This document shows positions 13,137-25,699 of a stretch of 64,000 nt of DNA, in pieces. A program made the position numbers and the translations under genes. The stretch is from Octopus sinensis. Lineage: Eukaryota. Numbering within the stretch: the first letter of the stretch is position 1; each line of letters begins with the position of its first letter. The stretch covers positions 59,954,001 through 60,018,000 of the forward strand of contig NC_043006.1 of the NCBI RefSeq assembly GCF_006345805.1, read 5' to 3'. The notes under the pieces are model-generated. The model was not told where the DNA came from. It saw only the letters and a program-made list of their open reading frames with translations, and made no database searches.

Positions 13137-14185
13137 AGGTGAAATAGACATCAGAGATGCTTTGCCCTTCGCTGAAACTCAGAGGTTTTGCAAACTCTTC
13201 TAAATCCATTGCAATCATGGAAACCCTTCTGTATTGTCAGCAGGTATCTCAGGGTCACATGCGTTTCGCCCCTTAGCTTGTACACTCTGCTTTAGTGGGA
13301 CAGCAATGAATGAACTAGTCTTCACCTACTTGCGCTCTCTTGTCAACTCTGGCCACCTCGAGCTGCCGTGTCTATTTCTTTGATGGCTTTCTTCAGTTGT
13401 CTGGGTTTCAGACCTGTCTTCTGCAGGAAATAGCACAGTGATCTTGATGGAAAACCGCGGCAACCGACTTCAGTGGCATCCCACGCTTTTTCGTATTTTC
13501 TTCTTAGTTTTTTTTAAGCTAGGTTCGAACAAAAGTTCCTAAATTCGTATTCGACATTTCCTGAACTTCACAGTCTCATTTTCAAGAATTAGCATTATGG
13601 TATATATGTGTTGTTATATACGTGTCGTTCCACTGGTTAGACATCTCCTGTCTTATTGTTAGCTTCATACGTCAGCAGTCGTGTGTTGATTTGTTTGCTG
13701 CAAGTAAATTTTTGACCGTTAGATTTTTAGGCCAATAGCCACGTGTTAATTTTAATTTTTTTTATTTATGCTTGTGCGTCTGTGTGTGTGTATGTGTATG
13801 TATGTCATTTATGGATGTGCTGTGTTAACACAAATGTATCATTAACAGAAAAAATTGTCTAGCGCAATGGCAAGAATGCTGATGTGCATTTTTGACTTCA
13901 AACGCCTAATCAGTAACCTCTACTCACGGCGAACCGCATACCAAGACAAAATCCGTTGCTAGTGATATAGGAAAATAGTGACTGAAAAATCCCTGGTACT
14001 ACAATAGGCTACCCAGCTGAATAAAAATCCGCTATGTACAACAGAAGCACCATCAGAAAAAATAGCCACCTGTGTATCATACTTAATGCACATACACCCC
14101 GAAAGGTAAATCAACTGTAGTATTTGTCCGGATATAAAATCTTTCATGGACTTACGAACTTTTGTCGGCTGGACTTGTTGTTGTT

Positions 14186-14262
14186 GCTCTTCTTCTTCTT
14201 CTTCTTCTTCTTCTTCTTCTTCTTCTTCTTCTTCTTCTTCTTCTTCTTCTTTCTTCTTCTTC
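14186..14262. repeat. (TTC)n microsatellite
   Basis: Direct reading. Confidence 0.95.
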
Positions 14263-14659
14263 GTCATGGGGATAATATTGGAACACCCCTCCCACGAGAC
14301 GAGTAGTATGTGATAGTCGTTACAAATACTGTAACGTAGGAAGTCGACCGGTGGAGAAGTCAGCGAAGTCGGTCATAGATAATCGTGTCTTTACTTGTCT
14401 AACTATACTGTTATACCGGAGTGGACGTTATAACAGTCCAACGTTGGATTACAAAACAGTCTTCTTTTGTCACTTCCACCACGACATGATCCCCATCGTC
14501 TACTACCACCACCACCACTACCACTACAACAACTAGTACTACTATTGCCTCAACCAGTACCAGCACCACCACCACCACTTCCATTACCAGCACCACCACC
14601 ACAATAGCACCACTGCCCCCCGCCACCACAGTAGCAAGTACTACCTCTGGTCGCATGCT

Positions 14660-17625
14660 GTAGTGCTGACAGGGAAAGTGAATTGAGGGCGAATCGAAGT
14701 AAAGTAGATACCCCTGTCAACGATGCTATCTCTGATACCCCTTATTCTGCTTGTTCCCCAATTCCCGCCCCTCAAACTTCACAGCTCAGCATCATCTATA
14801 CCAACTCGTGCTCCTTATTTCCAAAGTTCAGCGAACTATTTACACTGGCCATGCGTGATTCCCCTGATGTGATAGCTATCACCGAGACTTGGCTGACTCC
14901 AGCAGTAAAGGACTCAGAAATCCACCTACAGGGCTACGCCCTCTTCAGATGTGACAGAGAAAAAAGGCGAGGTGGAGGTGTTGTTGTGTATGTTAAATCT
15001 GATCTCAAACCGTCCAGCGGTATTCTACCCACTAATGCTCAACCTACAACAAAATTCGATGCCGTCTATTGCAAGCTGAGCCTATCCGGGTTTTGCCTGC
15101 CCGTGTTAGCGGTCTACAGGCCGCCTCTTGCCGACCCCCAGGACGATGCTCATTTACTCGAAGCGATAAGATTCGTTTCAGCTTCTCATGACTGTTTGAT
15201 ATTAGGAGACTTCTACGCACCCACGATCGATTGGCCCGCATCAATTTGTACATCATCTTCCCGGTTCGGCCAAGCCCTTCTTGACGTGGCTGAAGATTGT
15301 TTTCTATCGCAACATGTTGAATATCCGACAAGGCATCGGTCTGGGCAGCAGCCATCTATGCTGGATCTGGTATTCTCCCGCTATCCAAGATCAATGTCAG
15401 ACGTATCTGTGTGCGCCTCTCTTGCCAAGAGTGATCATGCGGTCCTGAAGTTCGTCATGCACACAACTTTTTCTACGCCCACAACTACTTCGCTGCCACG
15501 TAGAGTCTTCTCTGCAATTAATCTTGAAATTCTAACCGAGGCTTCCGCGCTTCTGGACTGGCGATCCCTGATGACGTTGTCCTCAGTTGACGAACTATGG
15601 TCATCCCTCAAAGTATATGTAATCTGGTTGACTGATCAGGCAGTTCCCGTTGGGCTTCCCAAGAAGAAGAAACACAAGCCCTGGATGACGAAGAAGGTTA
15701 AACGAGAACTTCGACTCAGAGATATTGCTCGGGCTGAATTCAAAAATCTGGATTCGACAGCAGCTTTTGAGGTGTACAAAACTCAACGAGACCGAGCCGT
15801 GAAAATTGAAAAGGAAGAACGCTTCAGATATGAATACAAAATCGCGGCAAACGCCAGTAGCAATCCAAAAACCTTCTTTGCCCATGTCCAACGGAATTCC
15901 CGCTTGAACAACCAAATTGCAACGTTGGTAGACTCACCAGGCGTATCGATTGAGGACCCTTATCAACAGAGTCAATTATTTGCCGAGGCTTTTTCAACTA
16001 TTTTCAAACAAGATGATGGTCGTGATCCCCCTACATTTGATAGATCGGTACCTCCAATGCTTCGATTGGTCATCACGCGGGACGAAGTCGAACGCGTTAT
16101 TTAAGGCCTCGATGTCAACAAGGGTCACGGCCCTGACGGCATACACCCACGGGTTATCAAAGCGTTGGCTCCGGTCATCTGCGAGCCCTTAACACGACTA
16201 TTCAATATGTCATTGGCGACGGGTATCATACCTGCGGACTGGAGAACAGCGATAATCTGCCCAATTTTCAAGGAAGTGAGCCGCGAAGACCCGCTTAACT
16301 ACCGACCGGTTTCCCTTACATCAATAATCAGCAAGATGTTCGAAACCATCCTTAAGAAAAGTATCATGCTCCACCTCCAAAACACAGCCTCTATCTCTGA
16401 TTACCAACACGGCTTCGTGCCGAAGAGATCATGCTTGAACAACTTACTGGTAATGGAAGAATTGGTGACGCGCATCCTCGATGATAGTGATGCTGTTGAC
16501 ATCGTTTTATTGGACTTTGCCAAAGCTTTTGACTCGGTAAACCACCGCCTATTACTTGTCAAGCTTCAAGCATATAGTTTCCATCCGGATATTGTACGAT
16601 GGGTTGATGCCTTCCTCTCAGATCGCTCCTTCCAAGTCCAAGTTAATGGTTCGCGGTCCGACGTCTCCAGTGCGAGCAGTGGCGTGCCTCAAGGTTCAGT
16701 GCTTGGGCCCTTATTGTTCTTAGTCTTCATAAATGACTTACCCGACGACCTCACGCAACACACCCTTCTATTTGCCGACGATGTCAAACTGGTCGCTCCT
16801 CGCGGTGATATAGAGGATCTTCGTCGGTGCCTCCACCAAATTTGGAGATGGTCTAACGAATGGGACCTGTGTCTGAACGTGTCAAAGTGCTGTCATCTGC
16901 CTGCTGGCTCTCCTCCTGCAACTCAACTTGATTTCGAGCCGGGTCGTCTGCTGCTGGAGAGGACCGATCAGGTAAAGGACCTGGGTATCTTGGTGGATTC
17001 CTCCTTTTCGCCTTCGGCCCAGTGCGTCCATGCTGCCAACAAAGCACGCGGAATTCTGTTCTTGATTCGACGGTCATTCGGAATGCTCACAGCAGCCATA
17101 TTCCTACCGCTCTATGTCACGCTGGTGAGACCCATATTGGAGTACGGGATTCAAGCCTCTTCTCCTTATCTCCTCAAAGACATACAGCATCTCGAAAGAG
17201 TCCAGAAGCTGGCTACCCGCATGGTTCTTGGTCTCAAGAATTTGTCTTATGAAGAAAGGCTGAAGACGCTCGACCTTTATTCTCTAGAAAAAACGACGAC
17301 GCCGTGGAGATCTCATTCTTGCTCACAACATCATAAGCGGAAAGTGTAACCTCTCGAAAGAGCTGTTCTTCACTCCTGCTCCAGAGCGTCGGCTGCGGGG
17401 TCATTCCGAAAAGCTCTATTTGCGACGATTTCATCTCAATCGAAGGAGAGGGGCTTTCTCCGTCCGGGTTGCGGATCCGTGGAATAAGCTGCCAGACGAG
17501 ATGGTGAAGATGCCGACGACCGCTCGGTTCAAAGTCTCCCTTGACCTCAAGTGGCTTGAACTTGTCCCCCTACATGGCCTTGCTTTTTGCTTTTTGAGCC
17601 CCAAAATTAACTAACTAACTAACAG
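14660..17625 (+). mobile_element. CR1-type LINE, 5'-truncated, near-intact ORF2 (APE endonuclease + RT)
   Basis: IAITETWL, RGGGVVVYVK, ILGDF, SDH endonuclease motifs; RT with DFAKAFDSV, GVPQGSVLGPLLF, FADDVKL; one in-frame TAA 16102-16104 and a +1 A at 17288-17293; (TAAC)n tail. Confidence 0.95.
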
Positions 17626-17691
17626 CAGCAAGAACTATACTACTACTGATCAACCATCACTACCACCACCACCACCACCACCACCACCACC

Positions 17692-17748
<57 letters not shown>

Positions 17749-17883
17749 GCTACTACTTGCAGCTATACGAAACTAACCAACTCAGAGTAATGGACATACT
17801 TCTGCACTGCTGTCTACTATTCTATAATCTCAGAGGAACCCTGGTCTTTTCTAAGATGTTTTGACTCTTACTTTAAATTGCAG

Positions 17884-18006
17884 ACGACACCAGGAATTGC
17901 ATGCTATGAACAAAAAAAGACGAAAAAGATGCCCAATATACCAAATGTTTTCTCAGCTTACCTAGAATATTACGACGAAGAGATGGAAAGATTAGTATCT
18001 TTAAAG
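17884..18006 (+). CDS. Host gene exon 5: TTPGIACYEQKKTKKMPNIPNVFSAYLEYYDEEMERLVSLK
   Basis: Acceptor tttaaattgcAG, donor AAG|gtacgt 18007; 123 nt, phase 0-0. Confidence 0.85.
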
Positions 18007-18329
18007 GTACGTGGTTTATATTAATAAATGTTATTTCTCTATCTGCCTCTCTGGCTTTCTATTAGTTTTTATCTCTTTCTATCTACCTGTGTTTTGTGCC
18101 TACCTACTCTTCTTTGTCTTACCCTTTTCAGCAATCTTTATATCCTACTTAAAGTGGATATATTGTAAGAGTGCCGTGATACTCCGCAATTCGTTCTTGA
18201 GGGAGCATCTCGTATAGACGTTTAGTGCCTTAAAGCACAGAAATATCAGTTGCAAATTATCCAGTAACGGTGGAGGAACAACTAGATCACATGATTTCAG
18301 CGTGCGTGCGCTTCATCATCACCAGCTAT

Positions 18330-18365
<36 letters not shown>

Positions 18366-18433
18366 TATATATATATATATATATATATATGTAAAAGTAA
18401 ATAAATGGCACAACGAAGTACCAATATTTACTG

Positions 18434-18477
<44 letters not shown>

Positions 18478-19125
18478 GAAAAATACAAACTGGGACAAGA
18501 ACGTAAAACATTTAGAAGACGATACAAAAAACGGACGGGACATTCGAAGCCTTCAATCTTCAGTCAAGAACCGGATCATCCTAGCAATTTCGGCTGATTA
18601 ATCTTGAGATCGCTCCAATCCGGCCAGCTCCAATGAAACACTAAGCTACGAGCATTAGATTTCTTGGAAGAAGGATCGAATATATACGAAACAGGGACAG
18701 AAAAACGGACGATGTCACACGAATATAAAATACAAAAACAATAATGGTAAAAACAGGACAAAAACAGCGGGTGTCTTACGACTAATAAACAGTACAACTT
18801 AGTTTAGCTGGCGTGTTGGGATAAAATGCCTTTATCGGCAGACGAAGACAACGATGTTCTCAGTCAATAATAATAAGGGTAAAATTAATTAATTAATTAG
18901 TAATTAATAATTTTACTAACCAGTATTCAGTATGTAAAAGGACCATTTACGGTAAATTTAAACATTATTTCATATAATTAGGGTGCAGCAAAAAAATTGC
19001 TTTACCACAAACCGAACTTTTAGAAATAGCAGCCAAAGTAGAGGAAATAGTTAAATTCTTTGGCTGCTATCTCTAAAAGTTCGGTGTGTAGTAGAGCAAT
19101 TTTTTTGCTGAACCTAGTTATACAA

Positions 19126-19179
<54 letters not shown>

Positions 19180-19282
19180 ATATAACGGGAAGCTTTATGA
19201 AAATAAACAAAAGACGAAGGCAGGTGGAAAACAAACGAACAATTGTATTAGTATGGCGCTCAGGAAATATAAATAAAACAAG

Positions 19283-19320
19283 TCTTTAACGTTTCGAGCC
19301 TACGCTCTTCAACAGAAAGA
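19283..19320 (-). ncRNA. PLE-type minimal type I hammerhead-like motif (CUGUUGA core)
   Basis: UCUUU-CUGUUGA-A-GAGC-GUAG-GCUC-GAAAC-GUU-AAAGA: stem I, stem II, ACGU palindromic stem III, GUU triplet. Confidence 0.65.
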
Positions 19321-19504
19321 TACACAGAGAGAGAAAAACACAGAAAGAAGGAGAGAAAAAAAATGCGTGCAGTAGCTAACGACTCAACATGGCGATCTGA
19401 TTTCGGCCAGAGGTCAAAGATCAAACATGAGACGCGAGAGCGAAATAAGGGGAGATAATAGGGTTGATAAAAGGGTTGAGGGACCAGCTAAAAGTGCGTG
19501 GGAG

Positions 19505-19810
19505 GGGTCTGGATGTGTGTATGTATAGGGTTGGTGTATGTATTAGTATGTATAAGGGTGTGTGTGTGTGTGTGTGTGTGTGTATGAGAGAGTATTAGTG
19601 CGTAAGATTGGTCTGGACGTGCGTATGTATGGGGTTGGTGTATGTATTAGTATGTATTAGTACGTATTGGTATGTATAGGTGTGTGTGTGTGTGTGTGAG
19701 AGAGTATAAGTGCGTATGCGGGGTCTGGACGTGTGTATGTATAGGGTTGGTGTAAGTATTAGTATGTACTAGTATGTATTAGTACGTATTAGTATGTATT
19801 AGTTGGTGTG
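19505..19810. repeat. ~110-bp tandem repeat, 3 copies
   Basis: ggtctggaYgtgYgtatgtatRgggttggtgtatgtattagtatg at ~19505, 19610 and 19722. Confidence 0.8.
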
Positions 19811-20565
19811 TGTATTAGTATGGCACATCATATGTGATGTGATGTGTAAAGTCATGTGGTGTAGTGAGGAGAAGAGGGGGAGGGGGAGAAGAGGGGGGAG
19901 AAGGGGAGGGGAAGAAGAGGGGAAGGAGAAGGGGGGAGAGGAGAGGATGGGGAGAAGGAAGGGGATGAGGGCGATGAAGGAGGAAAGAGGGAGAGGGGGA
20001 GAGAGAAGGGGAGAGAGGGAGTGAGGGAGCAGAGGGAAGGGGAAGAGGGAGGGAGAAAGAGGGAAGAAGGGAAGGGGAGTAGGGGTGAAAGGATGAAGGA
20101 CTGAAGAAGTAGGGGTCGGGGGGAGAAAGGATAGGTGAGGAGCGGGGTGAGGTTAGATGAGGAGGGGGGGGAGAGTTGAGACCAAATGGCGTATAAGAGC
20201 GAAGAGAGAAGATTAATTCCTGTTCACGGCGCAAACGGGAATCCGGATATAATAATGATGATGATGATGATAATAATAATAATAATAATAATGGGTAAAA
20301 TTAATTAATACCTAATAATTTTACCAAGTAGTTCGGTATGTTAAAAGAACCATTATATATATATGTAAATGGGTGAATGAATTATCCTTTGTTTACCGTT
20401 AACATGGAAAATTCATTAAACTGTTACCAGGGTAGCAAAATTCACACAAGTAACAAGGATGTAGCGACCTATTCAAAGGTAGAAACTCCGGGTTAATGTC
20501 CAGTAATTTGTGTAGTATAAGTAAATAAATGGAGTTGAACGCAGATGCTATTCAAATTCTTTTAC

Positions 20566-20594
20566 AAATGTATATATATATACATATATATATA

Positions 20595-20662
<68 letters not shown>

Positions 20663-20843
20663 CATATATATATATATATATATACATACATATATATATA
20701 TACTCTGGTGGTGGTGGTGGAATTGGTGGTGATACTGGTGCTGAAGCTGTGTAGAAATATGTTTGTGTACATGTATGCATTTATGCATATATGTATGTAT
20801 ATATATAATAATATATATATATATATATAATATATATATATGC

Positions 20844-20875
<32 letters not shown>

Positions 20876-20877
20876 GC

Positions 20878-20908
<31 letters not shown>

Positions 20909-20957
20909 TATTATATATATATATATATATATATATAGATATATATATATATATATA

Positions 20958-21001
<44 letters not shown>

Positions 21002-21010
21002 TATATATAT

Positions 21011-21090
<80 letters not shown>

Positions 21091-21131
21091 TATATATATA
21101 TATTATATATATATATGCATATATATATATA

Positions 21132-21168
<37 letters not shown>

Positions 21169-21251
21169 ATATATATATATATATATATATGCATATATAT
21201 ATATATAATATATATATATATGCATATATATATATATAATATATATATGCA

Positions 21252-21305
<54 letters not shown>

Positions 21306-21320
21306 GATATATATATATGT
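20566..21320. repeat. Long degenerate (TA)n array
   Basis: Direct reading; further (TA)n tracts at ~3835, 11067-11560, 18330-18470, 37650-37930 and 48105-48435. Confidence 0.95.
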
Positions 21321-21694
21321 AAAAGAATTTGAATAGCATCTGCGTTCAACTCCATTTATTTGTATGTATATATGTATGTATGTATATATACAGGTATATA
21401 TGTATGTATTCTACACAGCATCAGCACCAGTATCACCACTGCCCCCGCCACCACAACAGTAGCATGAACTATACTGTTACTGCTACCCCCCCACCAGACT
21501 ATATATATATATATATATACACACATATATATATATATATACTTATATACGAGTGAGTGGACAAATAAAAGAAGGGCACTCAATCAATTTATTAAGAGTT
21601 ACATGTATGGATCAAAACAGTTTGATTCAAATTCGTTGGTACCTAAATCGTTTCAAGCGTGATGCTAATCTTCAACCATTTTGAATTTGATTTA

Positions 21695-21948
21695 GGCGCA
21701 GGCGTGGCTGTGTGGTAAGAAGCTTGCTTCCCAACCACATAGTTCCGGGGTTCCGGGTTCAGTCCCACTGCGTGGCACCTTGGGCAAGTTACTTTTACTA
21801 TAGCCTCGGGCCGACCAAAGCCTTGTGAGTGGATTTGGTATACGGAAACTGAAAGAAGCTCGTCGTATATACATATGCTTGTGTGTCTGTGTTTCTCCTT
21901 CCCACTATTGCTTGACAACCGATGTTAGTGCGTTTACCTCCCCGTAAC
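21695..21948 (+). mobile_element. SINE family A, 3'-truncated
   Basis: ggcgcaggcgtggctgtgtggtaag head and body match other copies. Confidence 0.85.
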
Positions 21949-22229
21949 AGCTGCAGATACTAAGTACTACTAATACTACAATAATACTACAAGTTCTACT
22001 ATTATGATAACACATGAATCTGAGGCCCAACTACCACCCTTATCACTACCCCACCCCTGCAACTGTTGCTGCAACCACTGCTACTACTACATATAAAAAC
22101 AATAATACCAGTGATATCCGTGATGATAATAATAATAATAATGAAAGGATACGGGTGGAGTCTCCTTATGGGATAATAATGATACATCTAGTGATGGTGT
22201 CACAATAAAAACACTGGTAATTGCGCAAC

Positions 22230-23190
22230 CTGATAATCGCTGCCTCATATGAGTGACAATGAAAAAACAAAATATTGTGAATAACGGTGATAATGAAACT
22301 GAAGCCGATGATGGTGACCATGTTGCACCCGGCAGGTTCAGAGATTCTGGTCTGGCTCCAGCCTGTCGATATCTAGAAAGGGACCACCACATGACGTAGA
22401 TGGAGCAAACAAATTAATGTTGTGGTCATGGAGTGTTACTACCTGGGAAACCCGGTAGATGAAAATGGTGCTCAAATTAGGGGTTACCGACAACGTATGC
22501 ATGATCATTGGAAAGAAAAGGGATTGTTTCAACTCACGGAACAGAGACTATATAATGAAGATAGAGCAATAAGAAAAAATGTTGGTTCACAGAAGCAGAG
22601 CCCGAAGCTATCAAAAGGCGGGTCATGGAAAATAGCAGCAGAGATTACAATGAAAATACAGTTCTTAGTAATAAGAGTAATCTCATAGCAAGGAAAGGAG
22701 CAATGGTAGCTTACTTGATGAGAGACGTATAGATGATCTAAAAGAAGACGATAAAACTAATAGTGACATGACAGATGAACAAAGGCAATCTACGACAGAA
22801 TAAAGGTAAGACTACAGGAGAACGATAGCGACATTATTTGCAGCCTTAAAAAGGTTGAGCGATGGAAATTGAACCAAGAAACGAAAGATGTTAATGAAAT
22901 TCTGAAATACATCAGAACAGACAACATCACAGAAACAAATAATTTGACCAAGGCAGCAAGTATTGTTGTAGTAGAAAATGTGGGTGTCGATGTCAAGAAA
23001 AATAAAACATAATTGGAGTGACAAAAGAAATGATCCATGGTGGAAAAGAAGAATCCAGGCAGGGTTATACATGCTCTCGAAAGAAATCTCTGTGTTAGAC
23101 CGAAAAGAGAAAGGGGAGCTTAAAAGCGAACAAAAATACAGGGCGCTGAAAAGGAAGTGTAATACTGAAAGAAAGGGCTTGAAAGTAAGT
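22230..23190 (+). mobile_element. Decayed N-terminal part of an R4/Dong-type non-LTR element
   Basis: VMECYY...RGYRQRMHDHWKEKGLFQLTEQRL and PWWKRRIQ motifs, with stops and frameshifts. Confidence 0.65.
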
Positions 23191-23311
23191 TTATAATTAA
23201 TATTCTTGGCTCACTATATCAGGTATGGTAGTGCACACTTTATTATCAACAGAGCAAGCTACAAATAAGTGTTTTGTTGCTTCATGTGTCTGTTCCATTC
23301 TATAACTGCAG

Positions 23312-23417
23312 GAAAACTTTGACAGAGACTTTCGCCTTTCCATGATTACTTATGTCAATCTAGTCACCAAATCCCAAGACGATCAGGCAAATATTGTCAT
23401 CAATGATTTCAACGAAG
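23312..23417 (+). CDS. Host gene exon 6: ENFDRDFRLSMITYVNLVTKSQDDQANIVINDFNE
   Basis: Acceptor ttctataactgcAG, donor G|gtaagt 23418; 106 nt, phase 0-1. Confidence 0.85.
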
Positions 23418-23993
23418 GTAAGTAAAGGCCCTAGCAGAATTTTTTGTTTTCTTTATGGCCACGAATGAATTTACTTTATGAATTTTATTAAATTTTATCT
23501 TTACATATATTCTGATTTTGCTTGAGTGAACATATGTACTTACTTCCATGAACACAACATGGCCGAATGGCTGAAAAGTTCGTTTCACAATCACAAGACT
23601 CTGGATTCATTTTCACTGCATGGGATCTTGAACGAGTGTTTTTTTTTTTAATTACAATACCTTTGGTTTGCCCAAATCTTGTGAGGGAAATTAGGTTGAC
23701 AGAAACGGCAAATAAACTCGTCAGCAAATGGACTGTAACTGTCATTCAAAGGTATAACCTTGTTATCATTGAATCGCACTGATTGTACACGAAAATTGCG
23801 TTTTCAATACGCGTAACTTGGGAATACTCAGCCACTTTGCACGCTAATTCAATGAGCAGTTGATCGAAAAACTAGATGCTCAAACGGTTTTTGTGTGTTT
23901 CTTAAATGGCTTATAAACACCTTCCACGCTGCAACTGTTTTCGTTCCAGCACACGATCTCAGATCAGGTCACTTGCTATGCAAGTACATCTCC

Positions 23994-24034
<41 letters not shown>

Positions 24035-24036
<2 letters not shown>

Positions 24037-24258
24037 TTTTATTCTTTCACTTGTTTCAGTCATTTGACTGCGGTGATGCTGGAGCACCACCATTAGTCGA
24101 GTAAATCGACCCCAGGACTTAAGCTTATTACTTATTCTATCGGTCTCTTTGCCGAACTGCTAAGTTACGGGGACGTAAACACTTCAGCATCGGTTGTCAA
24201 GCGATGTTGGGCGTGGGGAGGGGGAGGAAGCACAGACACACAAACATACATGTATATG

Positions 24259-24297
<39 letters not shown>

Positions 24298-24675
24298 TGG
24301 GTGGCCCAAAAGTAGGTTTACAGTTATCACGTAGGCACTTTAAATTTCTTTGAAAACATTTTATTACATTTAAATTTCTATCTTACAATTAACTAAATTA
24401 GCATAAAATAATGGTTTCCTATTTTTTAATAATTAAGATCTAAACTGTTAATATATGAAAGCGAAATGGAATAACTGCCAACCTACTTTTGGGCCACCCA
24501 GTATATACGACAGGCTTCTTTCAGTTTTCGTCTACCTAATCCACTTACAAGGTTTTTGTCAGCCCCAGGCTATAGTAGCAAGCACTTAGCCAAGGTGTCA
24601 CGCAGTGCGACTGAACCCGGAACCATGTGGTTGGGTTAGTAAACAAGCTACTAACCACACAGCCATTCCTGCGCC
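24035..24675 (-). mobile_element. SINE family A, antisense, interrupted by a MITE
   Basis: Reverse complement of tail (24035-24240) and head (24505-24675). Confidence 0.85.
24297..24501. mobile_element. Tc1/mariner-type MITE, 205 bp
   Basis: Perfect 22-bp TIRs CTGGGTGGCCCAAAAGTAGGTT / AACCTACTTTTGGGCCACCCAG, in (TA)n; right flank TA, left flank TG. Confidence 0.85.
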
Positions 24676-25219
24676 TATAGCTACTTACCACACACTCCTA
24701 TATATATGTCTGTCTGTATGTCGACACATATATACATACACACATATATACATACACACATATATACATACACACACATACACACGCATGTAGTCACATT
24801 TTCTATGTAATACTTTATCAAAACATTTTTTCCGGTTGTTATATCCTATCTGAGAGAAATCATGCGTGTCTTATAAGCGAAAGGCCGCCATCGTAATTGG
24901 TGTTCTTTCTTATTCAGAGAACGAAAAGCGTTTATGAACGCATTTATATAAACCAGATGATATCTAGACTTTATCATCTGGCTGTTCGTATTTGGCAACA
25001 AATGTATAAGAATGATTATGCATCGTACCATACAAAATATGAAAAACTTTTACTTTAGCATTAAAGTATATATATCTAACTTTTCTCTGAGATAACATTA
25101 GTTTATAACCTTAAGTGTAAGTCTAATGTGCTGATAACTGAAGCATCTTTATATTGAATTAGCGAGATTGGTCTTATTCAGTTCGGTGCAGTCAGAATCA
25201 TATCATGATCTCTAAGTTA

Positions 25220-25257
<38 letters not shown>

Positions 25258-25699
25258 CACACACACACACATGTATGTACGTATGTATAAAATATTAGAT
25301 ATAGATGGAAGCAATATTAATATCGAATAGCAATGTTTATACCCTACTTAACGTAGATGTTATGTAAGAATTTTGTAATGCTACGGTATTCGCCCTGAAA
25401 GAGCACTGATAAATGTAGACGTTTAGTACAGAAAATATTATTGACAGACGAACATTGTCCAGCATCTGTGTGGAAGTGTCAGATCCCGTGATTTCAACGT
25501 GTTTGTGTTTCATCAGCTGCAGGTACCCATTATCACAGTTGCTGGTCAAATCATACTTCTTGCTTCCACTGTTATATAGGAAAAGCACTAACCATCTGTA
25601 CGAGGTGCTCTCACAGCATGAATATCGCAGTATTACGGCGTCCTAGCAAAACAGCTACATTAAGTGCGATATAAAGATTGCGTTTCGGTACTAATACTG

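Larger units (their letters stand above)
19150..20245 (-). mobile_element. Penelope-like element 3' end (GIY-YIG C-terminus, pyrimidine tract, tandem repeat, pseudo-LTR)
   Basis: REQELIFSLRSYTPFGLN is a typical PLE ORF terminus; followed on the same strand by the terminal repeat also seen at 12275, 46590 and 51110. Confidence 0.75.

Noticed and set aside
13959-14124. Candidate exon 4 ending at gtaaat
   Set aside because: Stops in all usable frames; the real exon is 12549-12700.
18535-18620. CUGAAGA-containing hammerhead-like motif on the minus strand
   Set aside because: No GAAA and no stem I pairing.
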